The notes under the pieces are model-generated. The model saw only the letters and a list, made by a program, of their open reading frames with translations. It was not told the DNA's origin and did not search any database. 64,000 nt of DNA from Paragordius varius. Its lineage: Eukaryota; Animalia; Nematomorpha. The stretch lies in contig OZ176051.1 of the NCBI GenBank assembly GCA_964247055.1, forward strand, positions 6,386,001-6,450,000. The letters run 5' to 3'. Made by a program: the position numbers and the translations under genes. Below are positions 26,601-39,600 of the stretch, in pieces. Position 1 is the first letter of the stretch. Every line of letters starts with the position of its first letter.

Positions 26601-29600
26601 TCTTAAAAAGGCACGCTAAATAAAAATTTTAATAAACACATTTTATCAAGATTAAAAATAAAATATGAAGGCCCATGTGCACAGTATTGGTATATCTTTC
26701 ATTAATAGAATGGAAAAATAATTATCAAGATAAAATTACTAATAAAGAAATTAATGAGTGTTTAAGTAAAAGGACATATATATTTTAATTCTATATACTT
26801 ATTTTAAACAATTTGAAATATTTACTCAAAGTATATACATGATTATCGATATTATGCATAACAAGGTATATAAGATAAATTAAATTATTTTAAAATAACA
26901 AAATATTTTGTTTCCATGTTAAAAATTATCTATTGATATCAATCAATAAAAAAATTCTTACCGCTTTGTCGGAACCCACAAACGATACGGCTTTAATATC
27001 AGGATGTGTGCATAGAAATTGTACAGCTAAATATAATAATGAGTAACAATATAAAAACATTTTATTTGAGATGTAAATATATATGAAAATTGTAAAGAAT
27101 GTTTAATTAATTCACATAACTATATAATGCTATCTATCCTTAAAATTTACAATGATAAAATTTGCTTAAATAATCAACTCTTTAAAATAGTTACTTGTAT
27201 GGTTCCCATTCAAAAGATATTTTTAGTATATAAACAATTCATAATTTTTTATATTATATTATTATCTAGCATTCTTTAAAATATATCCTTGTATGGTTCC
27301 TAATCAAAATATATTTTTTTACAATTCACATTTTTTAGATCTAACTTTAGATAGATATTGCCATTATCATGTAATAAATAAAAAAAGCTATCTCTCATAA
27401 AACATTAGTCACTGTAATCAAATTCATACCTCCTGATATAAAAAAATCGAAAATTATTAATCAATGAATTTATAATATTAAACAAAAAGTGAAAAAATTA
27501 ACCTTTATGAGACCCGTGTATAATGTTAACTACCCCAGGTGGTATGCCAGCCTCATTGACAAGTTCCATGAGAAGCATTGAGGCACCCGGATTTCGTTCT
27601 GAAGGCTTAAGCACAAACGTATTTCCACACGTGATAGCTACTGGGAACATCTGAAAAAAAAGATAAAAATCAAAATTTTGCATAAAATGATAAAAAGGAA
27701 AGAATACAGTATGCAGAATTTATGTTGACCAATTCACATTATTTTTTGCTAATTGGTATAATATCATATGGATTAAAAATTAAATGGTTAAATTTATCGG
27801 ATTTTTTCATTCTATAACATTATATTTGTTAACTTTTTTGATTGACTAGATTTATTTTATATTATACGCTATCGTTTCCCATTGGCCTAGAATAATGTGA
27901 ATTGCCCAACATAAATATGGCATAGTGTAATTTTTCTATTTTATAAAGAAAATACAAATATAAAAACATAACAGTCGTAAATCGAAATTGTATTTGAAGA
28001 GGTATAATGCGATAGTTTCTTTAAAGGTTAAATACCAATTCCAAAACAGTTCCTGAAATTTTAAATACATCCTAATGTCAGTTTTTTTTATTTTATATGA
28101 ATTATTAGGCTCCAAAACGGTTTGAAATAGATCCATTTTTCAATCTTCCAATTTTATTTTATTAAATCAAAAAATAAAATTGAGCGGGTTTAGTCATCCA
28201 AACCACGTGCTTTTTGCCGTATTAATACTTTTTTACTTTCAACATATTTTTCCACCATTTTCTTTCAGTTGTTTTATATCAAAATTATCATAATGATTCC
28301 TTCCAATACATAAATCCTACATTTTATAAATTCTAAAATCTACCCATAAAGGTATCATGGCAGGAAAATTAAAGGGTGCAATCCCAGCGCAAACACCAAG
28401 AGGTGCTTTATGAGAAACTATATCCATATCTCGACTAATGCCCACTAAATTTTCACCCATAACTAATGAGGGAGCATTGCAACAGTATTCAACCACCTCT
28501 ATACAATATCATAAGAATAATGTTTAGTTATAAATTATTTAAAAAATATGCGTTTGGTCACCTTTAAACAATATAATCTTAGGGGAAAAAACACTTTAGT
28601 TATAGTCATGTATGTTTAGAATTGTCAAACATTCGTTTTTAATTGATTTTACTTTGTTTTTAATTGTTATGGTGTTTGATATGTCAACTTTCAACATGCG
28701 CATTTTGAAGCCTCAAAATAATAATAGCCTATTAATTGTAAACAATTAAGAACGTATGTTTGACAATTTTAAACATACATGACTGTATTAAAGCATCTTT
28801 AACTATAATGGATAATTTAAAATATAACCGTACTAAACGAATTTATACGATTTTTTAAAACAGTTAAAATCAGTGTCATTTAAAAAATGGCACATATATG
28901 TTTGCTCGATTATAAATAGTATCGTCAGTGTTATAAAATTAATTTTATATCATATCAGAACACGTGATAAAAATATTGAAAATGATTAACTGGTTATTCT
29001 TCAAAGTAAGCGCTTATGAATGCAATTATTAGTTTAGGTATAATTTTTAACAAAAAATTATATATAAAAATTAGGCATTAGCACTAAAACATTAGGTTTT
29101 TGCAACATTTTTAGAGCCAAAATAAATTCCAAAAAAGGGGTCACAAAAAAGTAATATTTTAAATTTGCTATTTCGTTAGTTAGTAATGAGGCATATGTTA
29201 ATTTTTTTAAACACTATTTAAATTTATAATTCCCTATATTTTATAAAAATTTGCTTTAGGGAACTATTTATTATCATGTTTAATTTGTTCAAAATTAGTA
29301 AAAACGGAACCAGAATCATTTTAACATTATTATAATTTTTTGGAACCAAAACCGTTTAGTTTTAAACTATTCCAACCCCAACCCGAAAAATATGATTGAT
29401 TTTATATTCATGGTTTTTTTTTAATAAAAAAATATTGAAAATAAATAAATATATACGTACGTAATCCACGAATCACGTCCCCCTCGGCATCAGAAATTGT
29501 TTTACCACCTTGTTCAATTATCGATTCTGCAATAGTTTTCTGTTAATTTTTATAAAACAGTTTAAGTAGAATTCCATAAAAATATTAATATTAAAAAAAA

Positions 29601-30570
29601 TAAAACTTATGTTTGTTATAAATATGTAAAATATTAAAAAACTTTAATATAAGAAAATATATTGTTTATAGATCAAAATAAAGTATCTTGAAAAAATATT
29701 GAATAATTATTATAAAATACAGATAGGTTATAGGCAAATTAAATGTTTGAAAATCAATTTGCAAAATATTTATAATAAAATAAAAAGTATAAATTAAAGT
29801 TAAATATAACTATTCATTAACTAATTAAACGTAAATTGTAAAAGTCTTTATATAAAAATTGTTGCTTTTACTTGAGAATATTGTTATTTTTGCTTGAAAA
29901 ATGTTGCGTTTGGATAAAAAAAATGTGCTTGAAAAAATGTTATTTATTGAAATATGGTAATACTTTATGGTCATCAGGCCATTACATTGCATAAAAAACT
30001 TAAAAAATAAAAATAATTTGTTAACTTAATATTAATTTAAATCCAATTAAATAGGTCTTTAATTTTATATTGTTTATTTTATTTTTGATCATTATCTGAT
30101 CCAGGTTTAAAAAATATTATGTGGCTACAATAAAACTCATATGTTGATGCTATAGTTGAGTTTATTCGTAAACATTTGTTGAATTATTTGAAATTTATAA
30201 ATTATGCAAAGTAAAATATATACCAAATTTTCTTTGATCAGTTGCTGAAGTTTAAACATCATTCCTTGCCTTTGTACAATAGTTGTATTTGACCATTTGT
30301 CAAAAGCAGATTTAGCACTAAGAACAGCATTTTTCATTTCTTCATCTGTAGATATAGGAACTTTTGTCAAAACTTTGTTTGTAGCCTAAAATTTATCAAA
30401 ATAATTTTCTACTGGATTATGGATGTCAATCCAATCATTTGATTCCGATGCTATAAATTGACCATTTATAAACAAGGGCACAGTCTTCGGATATACAGAA
30501 AATATACTTTTTGATGTTGCGAAAATGCAAATTTGTGGATATACCTGCTGATAACTAAGGTGGTTTTCAT
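23639..30570 (-). CDS. ALDH6A1: Methylmalonate-semialdehyde dehydrogenase (acylating), mitochondrial; 13 exons, about 524 aa
   Basis: Exons 30570-30508 (tentative), 30484-30413, 30385-30224, 29539-29461, 28498-28344, 27650-27503, 27026-26962, 26577-26461, 25959-25830, 25176-24992, 24554-24375, 23933-23835, 23758-23639; all phases match. Motifs: [40 protein letters not shown], catalytic [39 protein letters not shown]. Confidence 0.96.
25442..25559 (+). repeat. Perfect 59-bp direct tandem duplication in an ALDH6A1 intron
   Basis: 25442-25500 is identical to 25501-25559. Confidence 0.9.
28593..28795. mobile_element. Tc1/mariner-type MITE, 203 bp
   Basis: About 50-bp imperfect TIR (C/T)AGTCATGTATGTTTA(G/A)AATTGTCAAACAT, flanked by TA on both sides. 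Confidence 0.8.
29745..29962 (-). mobile_element. Degenerate single arm of the 21-bp CAACATTTTTT array family
   Basis: Carries AAATGTTTGAAAATCA and degraded GCTTGAAAAATGTTGCGTTTGG units, as at 32720-33110. Confidence 0.6.
30386..30412 (-). other. 27-nt GT-AG intron in ALDH6A1
   Basis: GTAGAAAATTATTTTGATAAATTTTAG separates IHNP from ATN and ends in an in-frame TAG. Confidence 0.88.
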
Positions 30571-31795
30571 GTGATTAAATGAACGGGTCAAATATTTAAA
30601 AACTTTAGTATTATTTCTATAGGAAATACTTGTTAACAAACTATTATTTAAACTTTTTACCTTTTAACTTTTTTCGTTCTAGTTTACCTTTTAGAGGAGT
30701 TAATTAATGGAAATAAACTAAATTTAATTATCAAAATTGTTGTAGAAAGTAAAAGCTTATTTTAATTTTGTGATTTCCAGAGACTAAAATTGGGACTATA
30801 AAATATTAAAATGAACAGCTAATATTTAAATATAAAATTTTGCTGATAAAATGCCTGATAGCTACTTTAAGTGAATTAATCAATTTATTAACCATAAATA
30901 GCCTGTTGCATTAGCGATTTTAAAAATTTATACAAATGAATTACAGTTTTTAAAAAATTGTATTATGCGCCTAAAAGGTAGATAAAATATATTTTTCGGC
31001 ATTTTTTTTTATTCTGATTTCAATCGCTCTGGGATATAAATCTCGAAAAATTGTATAATTAAATATTCTCAAATAACTATTTGTGTTAACACCATTTTGC
31101 CTTACTGGCACATCATAGCACAAAATCGGGTAAAATCATAAAGCACACAGATTTTGCTTTTGGTTGAGTGAAAGTTATTAAAGAAAGATATTCTTTATTG
31201 AAAACTAGCCATAGTAACCAGTAATATATCATATGTACATATAAAAATGTGTAAGAATTATAAGGGTTATTTGGTTATTAACCTTAAAAATAATTTCATT
31301 AATAATTTTTTATTATTATCCATATCGAAAAAATTAAAAAATATTGCAAATAAAAATGGTTTGGTGAAAGGTTTTCAATACTAAGTATCTCAAACATTAT
31401 TTTACATTAATAAATTTTACAATGGGAGTTAGATCAAAAATTATTTTAGAAAATAACTCATACTCTGCTAAAATTAAATTTTTAGCAAAATTTTGTTGAT
31501 GGGTATCTTATGGTATTTAGACGAATAGAGAAACGAAATATACTTAAACAAAATTTTAAGATATAATTACTAAACAAATCACTTAATAAAAGAGTTCGCT
31601 ATTTAATGAGTTTAATATAAATCGGTTTAGGTAAAAAAACTTAAATCTGAGAAAAATATCAAATATGTTAATTATTTTGCTTTTTATACATAGCTAATAT
31701 TTAGTAAAATAAAATTGCAATTCCCATTTTATGATATGAGGTAGTTATCACAAAAGTGTTAATAACTTTCTCATATTATATGTAAGACAAACCAA

Positions 31796-31831
<36 letters not shown>

Positions 31832-31835
<4 letters not shown>

Positions 31836-33550
31836 CCATTTTTCATGCAAAAACATCATTTTTTCAACCAAATGCAACATTTTTTTAAGCAAACGCAACA
31901 TTTTTTCAAGCAAAGACAACATTTTTTCAAGCACACGCAACATTTTTTCAAGCAAATACAACAATTATTCAACCAAACGCAACATTTTTTTAACCAAAAA
32001 CAACATTTTTTCATCCAAACGCAACATTTTATCAACCAAAGACAACATTTTTTCAAGCAAAAACAACAATTTTTTAAAATAAAAAACCATTTTTTTATTT
32101 TAAGACCTATTGAAACGTAGAATTATGATTTTTATTGTTTTATCATCAATATATGTTGGCATACCATTTGCACTTCAAGAGTGTCCTTGAACACTTCAAG
32201 TTGGTCCTTGAACATTTAAAGTTTAACAATTCAAGTTGTTCCTTTGACTTTTTTGTTTTGTTTTTAACTTTTATCAAACAAATTGTACATTTAACTATTT
32301 TATCGTTTTTAACCTATTTTCTACTATTTAGCATAATTTTGAAATCAATATCTACTATTAATCATTCAGGAACCGTATATCTATATTAATTTTTTTATAA
32401 TATAAGAATTTAACACGAAATTCAAAAATATACAATTTACAATTTTTCATTTAAATCCATTAAAAGTTAATAATTTTTGTTAAATTTAAAAATCGTTAGA
32501 GACAAAAAAGTGGTTTTTAAATAAATTTTTTATTTTTATATGAATAAATATATTATAAATAAAGAAAATTAGGTTAAAAATAAATAAATAAATAAAAATT
32601 AAATCAAAATTTAAAAATTTTAAGGGCCAACTTGAAATGTTCAAGGACCAACTTGAAGTGTAGGACACTCTTTAATATGCAAATGGTATACAATAAATAA
32701 AATAATTAAATTAAGGGCAAAATTAAAATGTTTGAAAATCATTTTACCATTTATAATAAAAGAATAAATACCATAATTCAAAGCTAAAATTTAATTAATC
32801 ATTAACTTAAAATTAAATGAATAATTATAGAATTGTCATAATATAAAAAAATTGGTGCAAAAAAATTGAAATGTTGTCTTTGGTTGAAAAAATGTTGCGT
32901 TTGGATGAAAAAATGTTATCTTTGGTTGAAAAAATGTTGCGTTCGCATGAAAAATTGTTGTCTTTGCTTGAAAAAATGTTGCTTTGCTCGAAAAAATGTT
33001 GTCTTCGCTTGAAAAAAATGTTGCGTTTGCTTGAAAAAATGTTGAGTTTGGTTGAAAAAATGTTGCATTTGGTTGAAAAAATGAGGTTTTTGCATGAAAA
33101 ATGGTATACTTAAATAATGCAATTTTTGGGCTAAATTTAAATGTTTGAAAATCAATCATACCATCAAATATTGATGATACAAAAATAAACATAATTCTAG
33201 TCTAAAATTAATTTACATTAACTTTAAATTTATGTTTTAAGATAAAAAAAAGGGTTTTATTTTTTTTAAAAATTGTTGTTTTTGCTTGAAAAAATGTTGT
33301 CGTTGGTAAAAAAATGTTGTGTTTGGATAAAAAAATGTTGTCTTTGCTTGAAAAAAGGTTGCCTTTGCTTGAAAAAATGTTGCGTTTGCTTAAAAATTGT
33401 TGTCTTTTCTTGAAAAAATGTTGCGTTTGCTCGAAAAACTGTTGTCTTTGCTTGAAAAAATGTTGCGTTTGCTTGAAAAAATGTTGAGTTTGGTTGAAAA
33501 AATGTTGCATTTGGTTGAAAAAATGATGTTTTTGCATGAAAAATGGTATA
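31832..33550. mobile_element. Foldback/MITE cluster with 21-22-bp subterminal arrays (unit about TTCAAGCAAACGCAACATTTT)
   Basis: Left arm from 31832 starts TATACCATTTTTCATGCAAAAA; two inverted right arms end ATGAAAAATGGTATA at 33108 and 33550. About 10 or more units per arm. Confidence 0.8.
32161..32690. mobile_element. MITE of the TTCAAGTTGGTCCTTGAA 21-bp family, nested in the foldback
   Basis: Left end ATACCATTTGCACTTCAAGAGTGTCCTTGAA is identical to 45241 onward; inverted copy ends GCAAATGGTATA at 32690. Confidence 0.85.
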
Positions 33551-33888
33551 TATTGAGAGAAAGTTTTTATGGTACCCAATATATCGCATCAAAATGCCAT
33601 AAATAAAAAAATTTTTTTGATTGCAGAATAGCGTATACTTTCAAAAATGCAATTTTTATAAGAACTCGAAAGTTGTGATTGAAAATATATGCCACAAAAA
33701 CCCAAAGCACCATTTGCCAAATTTAATTATCAATTAATATATATATCAGAATATATTTATATCACCCGATTTTGTGCTTTTAGCAACAAAGTGTAAAATT
33801 TATAATAATAAAAAAATATTTTTGACGCTCTCAATCTATATAGATGCCATTAACACTCATGACCTTTTGGGGTGCTATTGCAGGAAGA

Positions 33889-36670
33889 CAGGGGCGTACC
33901 GAGGGGGGGGCAAGGGGGTGCATCATGCCCCGGGCGCCGTTATTTAGGGGCGCCCAAATGATTTTTTAAAATTAAATTTTAGTTATGCAAAAATAATAAA
34001 AAACTTTCAAATGAGATTTTTCAGAATTAGCTAATAATCCCTAAAATATATATTCTATATTATCCTAATTAGTACCATAAAACAGAATAACTTAGCGTTT
34101 TTGAGAGTGGAAAAACATAAATATGATACATTTTAATAATATAATTGATAATTTTGCAATATCAGAAGCCAGAAAATTTTTTACATAGTTTTCTCTTAGT
34201 TGCTTTTTTTAATATTTTATTGAAAAATGCTTTGTAATTCTGTTCTAGATTTACAATTATTTTTTAAACCATTATTGTTCGCCATTATCATAAGATCTCA
34301 ATATATGCAACAAAAACATTATTTTTATATATAACTAGAGAAAATCTCGGCCTGCTAAGCAGCCCGAGGAAGTCCTGCGGACTTCCGGTTGGGAGGGGGC
34401 GCTATTTGAAAAAAGTATTTCGAAACATTATTTAATAGCTATGATCTCATAAAATTTCAAAACGGTGCATTCATACTAGTATATTGTTTACTTGAGCCAA
34501 ACGGTCTCATACCTAGGGCGAAAAATAGATTTAAAAAATAATTTTTGTGGACTTTGTTTTTTAAAAAAATTGGCATTTTATGGGGGGAGCGGGTAAATAT
34601 AGGGCCTAAATTAAAAAAAGCGAGACGACCATGTTCGAAGCAATCGAAAATGAGTAAACAAAAATTACATTTGAAATATGGTTCAACACGTTCTCCGGAG
34701 TCTCAAAGACACGATTTTTGTTTTTTACACGTGCCCGAACTGGGGACCTATTTCAAAAAAGGGCGAAGCCATTGTCGGGTCATTTATTAATGATTGTATT
34801 TTTTCGATGTTTGGATTTGAATGGGTCTACCGGTTTTTCGGAAACATGCAAAGGGGTTTTAATGAGCTTATATGGCTTCCTAATTTTCTATAAATTAGCT
34901 CCAAAACAAAACAATTTCTATATAATCGACCAGTTTCTGGCGGGTACTCATGACCCAGGGCAGGGATAAAAAAGCGCTTGTCAAAGTTTTTGCCCTCATA
35001 TGGGGATTATCTGGAATTATTATGGAATTCATTGTTCCTATTAGACTCATAGGTTTTCTGAAATTTGGCTCCAAAGGCTAGCTGTATCGAGATTGGACGC
35101 AATTTTACGCGCTTCTAACCAGGAGCGAAACAAAAAAACGCTCAATCAAATTTTTTGCCTTTATTTGGGTAATACCTGGAATCATGATTGATTCCATATG
35201 CCCTCGAGGTGCCCCAAAACTTTTCTAAAATTTGCCTCCAAAGTCACGCTGTATCGATATGGTGACGCAGTTGTTGGGGGGTAGCTCCCTATCCAGAAGC
35301 CAATATAAAAAAGACGTTTGTAAAAAAATTTGTTATAGGGTAATAACTGGAATCATCATTCATTCCTTATGTTATTTATAGTTTTTGGAATGGCTTCAAA
35401 ACTAAATAACAGTTAATGATAGCGCATTTTTTAGGGCGTAAAGGGCCTAATTAACGGCTAATTTAAAAAAACCGCTGGGCTTAAATTTTTGACTTTTACG
35501 GGTAATATTTCAGGCCTATATAAAACTTATATGGCCTGATAAGTTTTTTGAAAATTAACTCCTAAACAACGCAATTTCGATATGGTGGCGCAGTTTTAGG
35601 CGAGTTCCTTACCCAACAGCTGATAAAAAAACGCATATTAAAATTTTTGCGTTTTTACGGAGAATACCTGAAATCATTATTGATTCCATATGCTCTCATT
35701 AGTTTTTGGAAAAATTGCCTTAAAACTAAAAAATCATTCTATAGTGGCGTATTTTTCAGGGCGTGAATAAAAATTCCTACGACCTAAATTTTTGCCTTGT
35801 TATGGGTAATATTTTAACTATTGAACTCATATGGCCTGATAGGTTTTTTGAGATTTGGCCCCAAAGGCACCATATTTACTTATGATGGGACAATTTTTAG
35901 CGGGTATCTCCTTACCCAGCAGCCAATATGAAAAAACGCTCGACTAAAATATTTGCCTTTTAACAGGGAATACCTGGAATCCTTATTGAATTTTTAGATC
36001 CTTATTGAATTTTTAGAGTCTCGTACCTTGGGCAAAATATAGATTCAAAAAATTATTTTTGTGGACAATTTTTTTGCAAAAAATGGCATTTTACGGGGGG
36101 AGCGGGTAGGGGCAGAAATTAAAAAAGCGAGCCGACTATGTTCGGCGCAATAATAAGTAAAAAAAAAATATATGTGAAATCGAATGGTCCAACACGTTTA
36201 GGAGGAAAATTGTCTAGACACGATTTTTCAAAAAAACCCTTTTTCACATGGGGTGGGCCCGAACTGGGGGCCTAATTTAAAAAAAGACGAATCTATGGTC
36301 GGGGCATTCCTTAACGATTATATTTTTTCGACATTTGGATATGAATGGGTCTACCGGTTTTCCGGAAACATACAAAGCCTTATTTTCCATTTTTATAAAC
36401 ATAGATTTTACAAGTTAAAAAACATTTTTTGTTAAATTTTAATTTTATCACTCGCGACCCATAGTTTAAGTAGCCCTGATATAGATATATATATATATAT
36501 ATATATAAATTTAAAATTTATATGACTGTGCTGTCTTATCTATAGTGTTTAGGTTACAATGTTTGTATTTTTTTTACTAAATTTTTTTATTGGCTTTCAA
36601 AAAAAGGGGGGGGATGGGGCGCCATAAAATTTTTATGCCCCGGGCGCCGCAAATGCTCGGTACGCCACTG
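33889..36670. mobile_element. Non-autonomous hAT element (about 0.7 kb once the Helitron is removed)
   Basis: 15-bp TIR CAG(G/T)GGCGTACCGAG (14/15 match); perfect 8-bp TSD CAGGAAGA at 33881-33888 and 36671-36678; ATGCCCCGGGCGCCG near both ends. Confidence 0.92.
34335..36405 (-). mobile_element. Non-autonomous Helitron, 2.07 kb, both ends intact
   Basis: On the minus strand it starts TCTATG.. at 36405 and ends with hairpins plus CTAG at 34335, inserted between A and T with no TSD. Contains about 7 degenerate units of about 160 bp and two copies of a module of about 350 bp. Confidence 0.82.
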
Positions 36671-37082
36671 CAGGAAGATTTAAAATTTATTATCTTAAAA
36701 ATATTTTTAGCATTTGGTCAAATTCTATTAAGGCTATAATAATTTTTTTAAAAAAACTATCTAAAAATATTTTCATCTGAAACTTTTTCGCCGCCATGTT
36801 TTTTGTTTTTATCAAGAATACAACAAGCAAATAAACGTATTATGTTCAAAAATTTATTAACATTGGGAATTTTTTAATTTATAAATAACCATAATATTAA
36901 TCGATTTTATTAACAGCTGTTTTTTCAACCGTGTTTCGGATCTACTAAATTTGGGGCTCCAAGAACTAAAAACTGTAAATTTTAAGCTGTTTATAAGTAC
37001 ATGAGAAAAGGGTGTGATTATTAAATAATCAATATCACCTCAAAACGCTTATAATTTACTAATTCAAAGGATTACTCTAAAG

Positions 37083-39489
37083 TAATGTGACCAGATATTT
37101 TAAACTCCGACGCAGTACAAAATTAAATCATACTTTGTCTGTTTTTACACCATCGGTGTCGTATATAACACAGTTTTCACAAAAAATATCTTGATGAAAC
37201 AAAACATTCTGATAGAAGTGTATCAGGATTATCATGGTTCTTTTGGTTTTAACCTTTACGAGTTATTAAAGAAAGTTATTTACATTTTTGTGATAAGTGC
37301 TCCGTATAAAATTGCAAAAGGTGCGCAATTTCAAATATACTTTGTGGTGAAAACTAATACTTTATTTCAAAAAATATCACTAAAATATAACATAAAATAT
37401 AGAAAGCAAAACAATATTTTTAAAAATTTTAAATTGTTAGGTAGGCTCTGAATGTCCCAAATATTTTAGCTCTTTTAAAATGGACTGTTCTCTCAAAATA
37501 AACGCAAAAATTCCGACCTTGTGCTACAATTTTAAATATATACTAATTTTGATATCAACTAAATATATTTTTTAAAAAATGCATACTTTCAAAAAATTAA
37601 TTTTTAGCAATATTTTGTTCAAGCGTACTTCATAATATTTTTAACATAATGGACGATATTAAAGGTTGAGATGTTATAACATTTTATATATATAATTCGA
37701 TAATGCTCTCAATCGAAATTTTGATTAAAAAATCTCGTTTTTAAATTTATGTTCAATAAAAATTGTGTTTTTTACGAAAGTTCAACAAAATTGGTAAAAC
37801 CTTTAAATTAAAAATCTATCGTAATGTTCAACATCATCGAATTATTTAGAAAAAGAGATATATTATATCTTAAAGCGTTTACCGTTTCCATCAAGCTTCA
37901 AATCGTTAGAAGTACGCTTCAACAAAATATCTGTAATCATGCAAAAAAATAAGAAAACTAATAAAAATTAAAGTTTAGGGGAAAAATAAGTAATATTATA
38001 TCTCCCACCTAATGAGTACAAAAATCGTAAAAATTCTCAATTTTTTGATACGAAAAAAAGGATATTTCGAAATCATATGTCATATGGATTTTATAATCTA
38101 TATATTTATAAAAATGGAAAATGCTGGCTTTGTGATCTGGTACAGGAAAATCGGTAAACCCATTCAAATCCAAACATCGAAAAAATATAATCATTAATGA
38201 ATGCCCCGACAATAGCTTCGCCCCTTTTTTGAAATAGGCCCCCAGTTCGGGCCCACCCCGTGTGAAAAACGGTTTTTTTTGAAAAGAGACAATTTTCCGG
38301 AGAACGTGTTGGTCCATTCTATTTCAAATATGATTTTTATTTAGTTATTTTCGATTGCGCCAAACATAGTCGAGTCACTTTTTTATTTAGGCCCTCTTTT
38401 TACCCGCTCCCCCCGTAAAATGCCACCTTTTTCAAAAAACAAAGTCCACAAAAATATTTTTTTAAATCTTTTTTTCGACCAAGACATGAGACCGTAAAAA
38501 TTCATTATGGATTCCACGTATTCCCTGTAAAAAGGCAAAAATTTTAGCCAAGCCTTTCTTTGATGATAGCTGCTGGGTAAGGAGCTACCCGCGAAAAACT
38601 GATTTCTCATGTAACTTTGTGATCTGTTTCCGGAAAACCGGTGAACCCATTCAAACCCAAATATCGAAAAAATATAATCATTAATAAATGCCCCGACAAT
38701 AGCTTCGCCCCTTTTTTGGAATTAGGTCCCCAGTTCGAGCCCACCCCGTGTGAAAAATGGGTTAAGTCAATTTTTGGAGAACGTGTTGGACCATTCAATT
38801 TCAAATATGATTTTTGTTTACTTATTTTTGATCGCGCTGAACATAGTCGACTCACTTTTTTGATTTAGGCCCTCTTTTTACCCGCTACCCCCGTAAAATG
38901 CCATTTTTTTTCAAAAAAAAAACAATGTCCACAAAAATAATTTTTTGATTGTATTTTTTTGCCCACGGTATGAGACTGTAAAAATTCGAGAAAGACTATA
39001 TAATTTTCCATTTGATAATTATAACAAAAAATGGACTTTCTAAACTTAATCAAACATTTATTTAAATATCAAAATTAATTTTTTTAATTTTAAGTTTTGA
39101 GGCACCTCTTTTTGCGGAAGCCCTGATTGAACGAGCCATTAGCCTGAATCATACCGTGTGGAATCCGAGATTTATAGTTTCGCTACTGCGCGAAAGGCTG
39201 CTATCTTAAGTTTTATGTATAATTCGAGCAGAAAATAAAATATTAACCAATTAAAAATAGGCTATTTTTTACCGCAAAATGAACCATTTCTTTACAAATT
39301 ATGGGGTTATTTTTACAGATGTTATTATATTAGTTCTAAAATAATTTTTTTGAATAGATAAAAGATTATTATATATTTATAAAAAGTAAATATTTTTAAT
39401 TTCAAAAAGCAGTACAAAAGTGGGCGCAGTACAGGCGCAGTTTTGTTCTGAATACTGTACTGCGAAAAACAGCCTATCTGGTCACATTA
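37083..39489. mobile_element. Non-autonomous hAT element, 2.4 kb, with nested insertions
   Basis: Perfect 15-bp TIR TAATGTGACCAGATA; perfect 8-bp TSD CTCTAAAG at 37075-37082 and 39490-39497; repeated subterminal CGCAGTAC motifs. Confidence 0.9.
38097..39010 (+). mobile_element. 3'-truncated copy of the same Helitron family
   Basis: Starts A|TCTATATATTTATAAAAATGGAAAA, the reverse counterpart of about 36380-36405; two tandem 5' modules separated by one partial 160-bp unit; no CTAG end seen. Confidence 0.75.
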
Positions 39490-39600
39490 CTCTAAAGCAT
39501 TGAGGATAAAAAAATTATAGTCTCGCAAAATCTTTTATGCATGATACTTCCACATATGCTTTCCAAATAAACATGTGTTAGATAATTTTCACGATACTGG

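Noticed and set aside
31105-31212. Upstream ALDH6A1 frame MASFQ*RISFF...MMC with a GTAAGG donor
   Set aside because: It has an in-frame TAA at codon 6; kept only as an alternative 5' model pending cDNA.
31776-33606. Many overlapping ORFs with QHFFKQT, KKMLRLL or KKCC repeats
   Set aside because: These are artefacts of stop-free 21-bp (7-codon) arrays in transposon arms and are open in several frames on both strands.
34545-38868. Short ORFs in the Helitron modules
   Set aside because: No Rep/helicase or transposase motifs; they recur only because the module is repeated.
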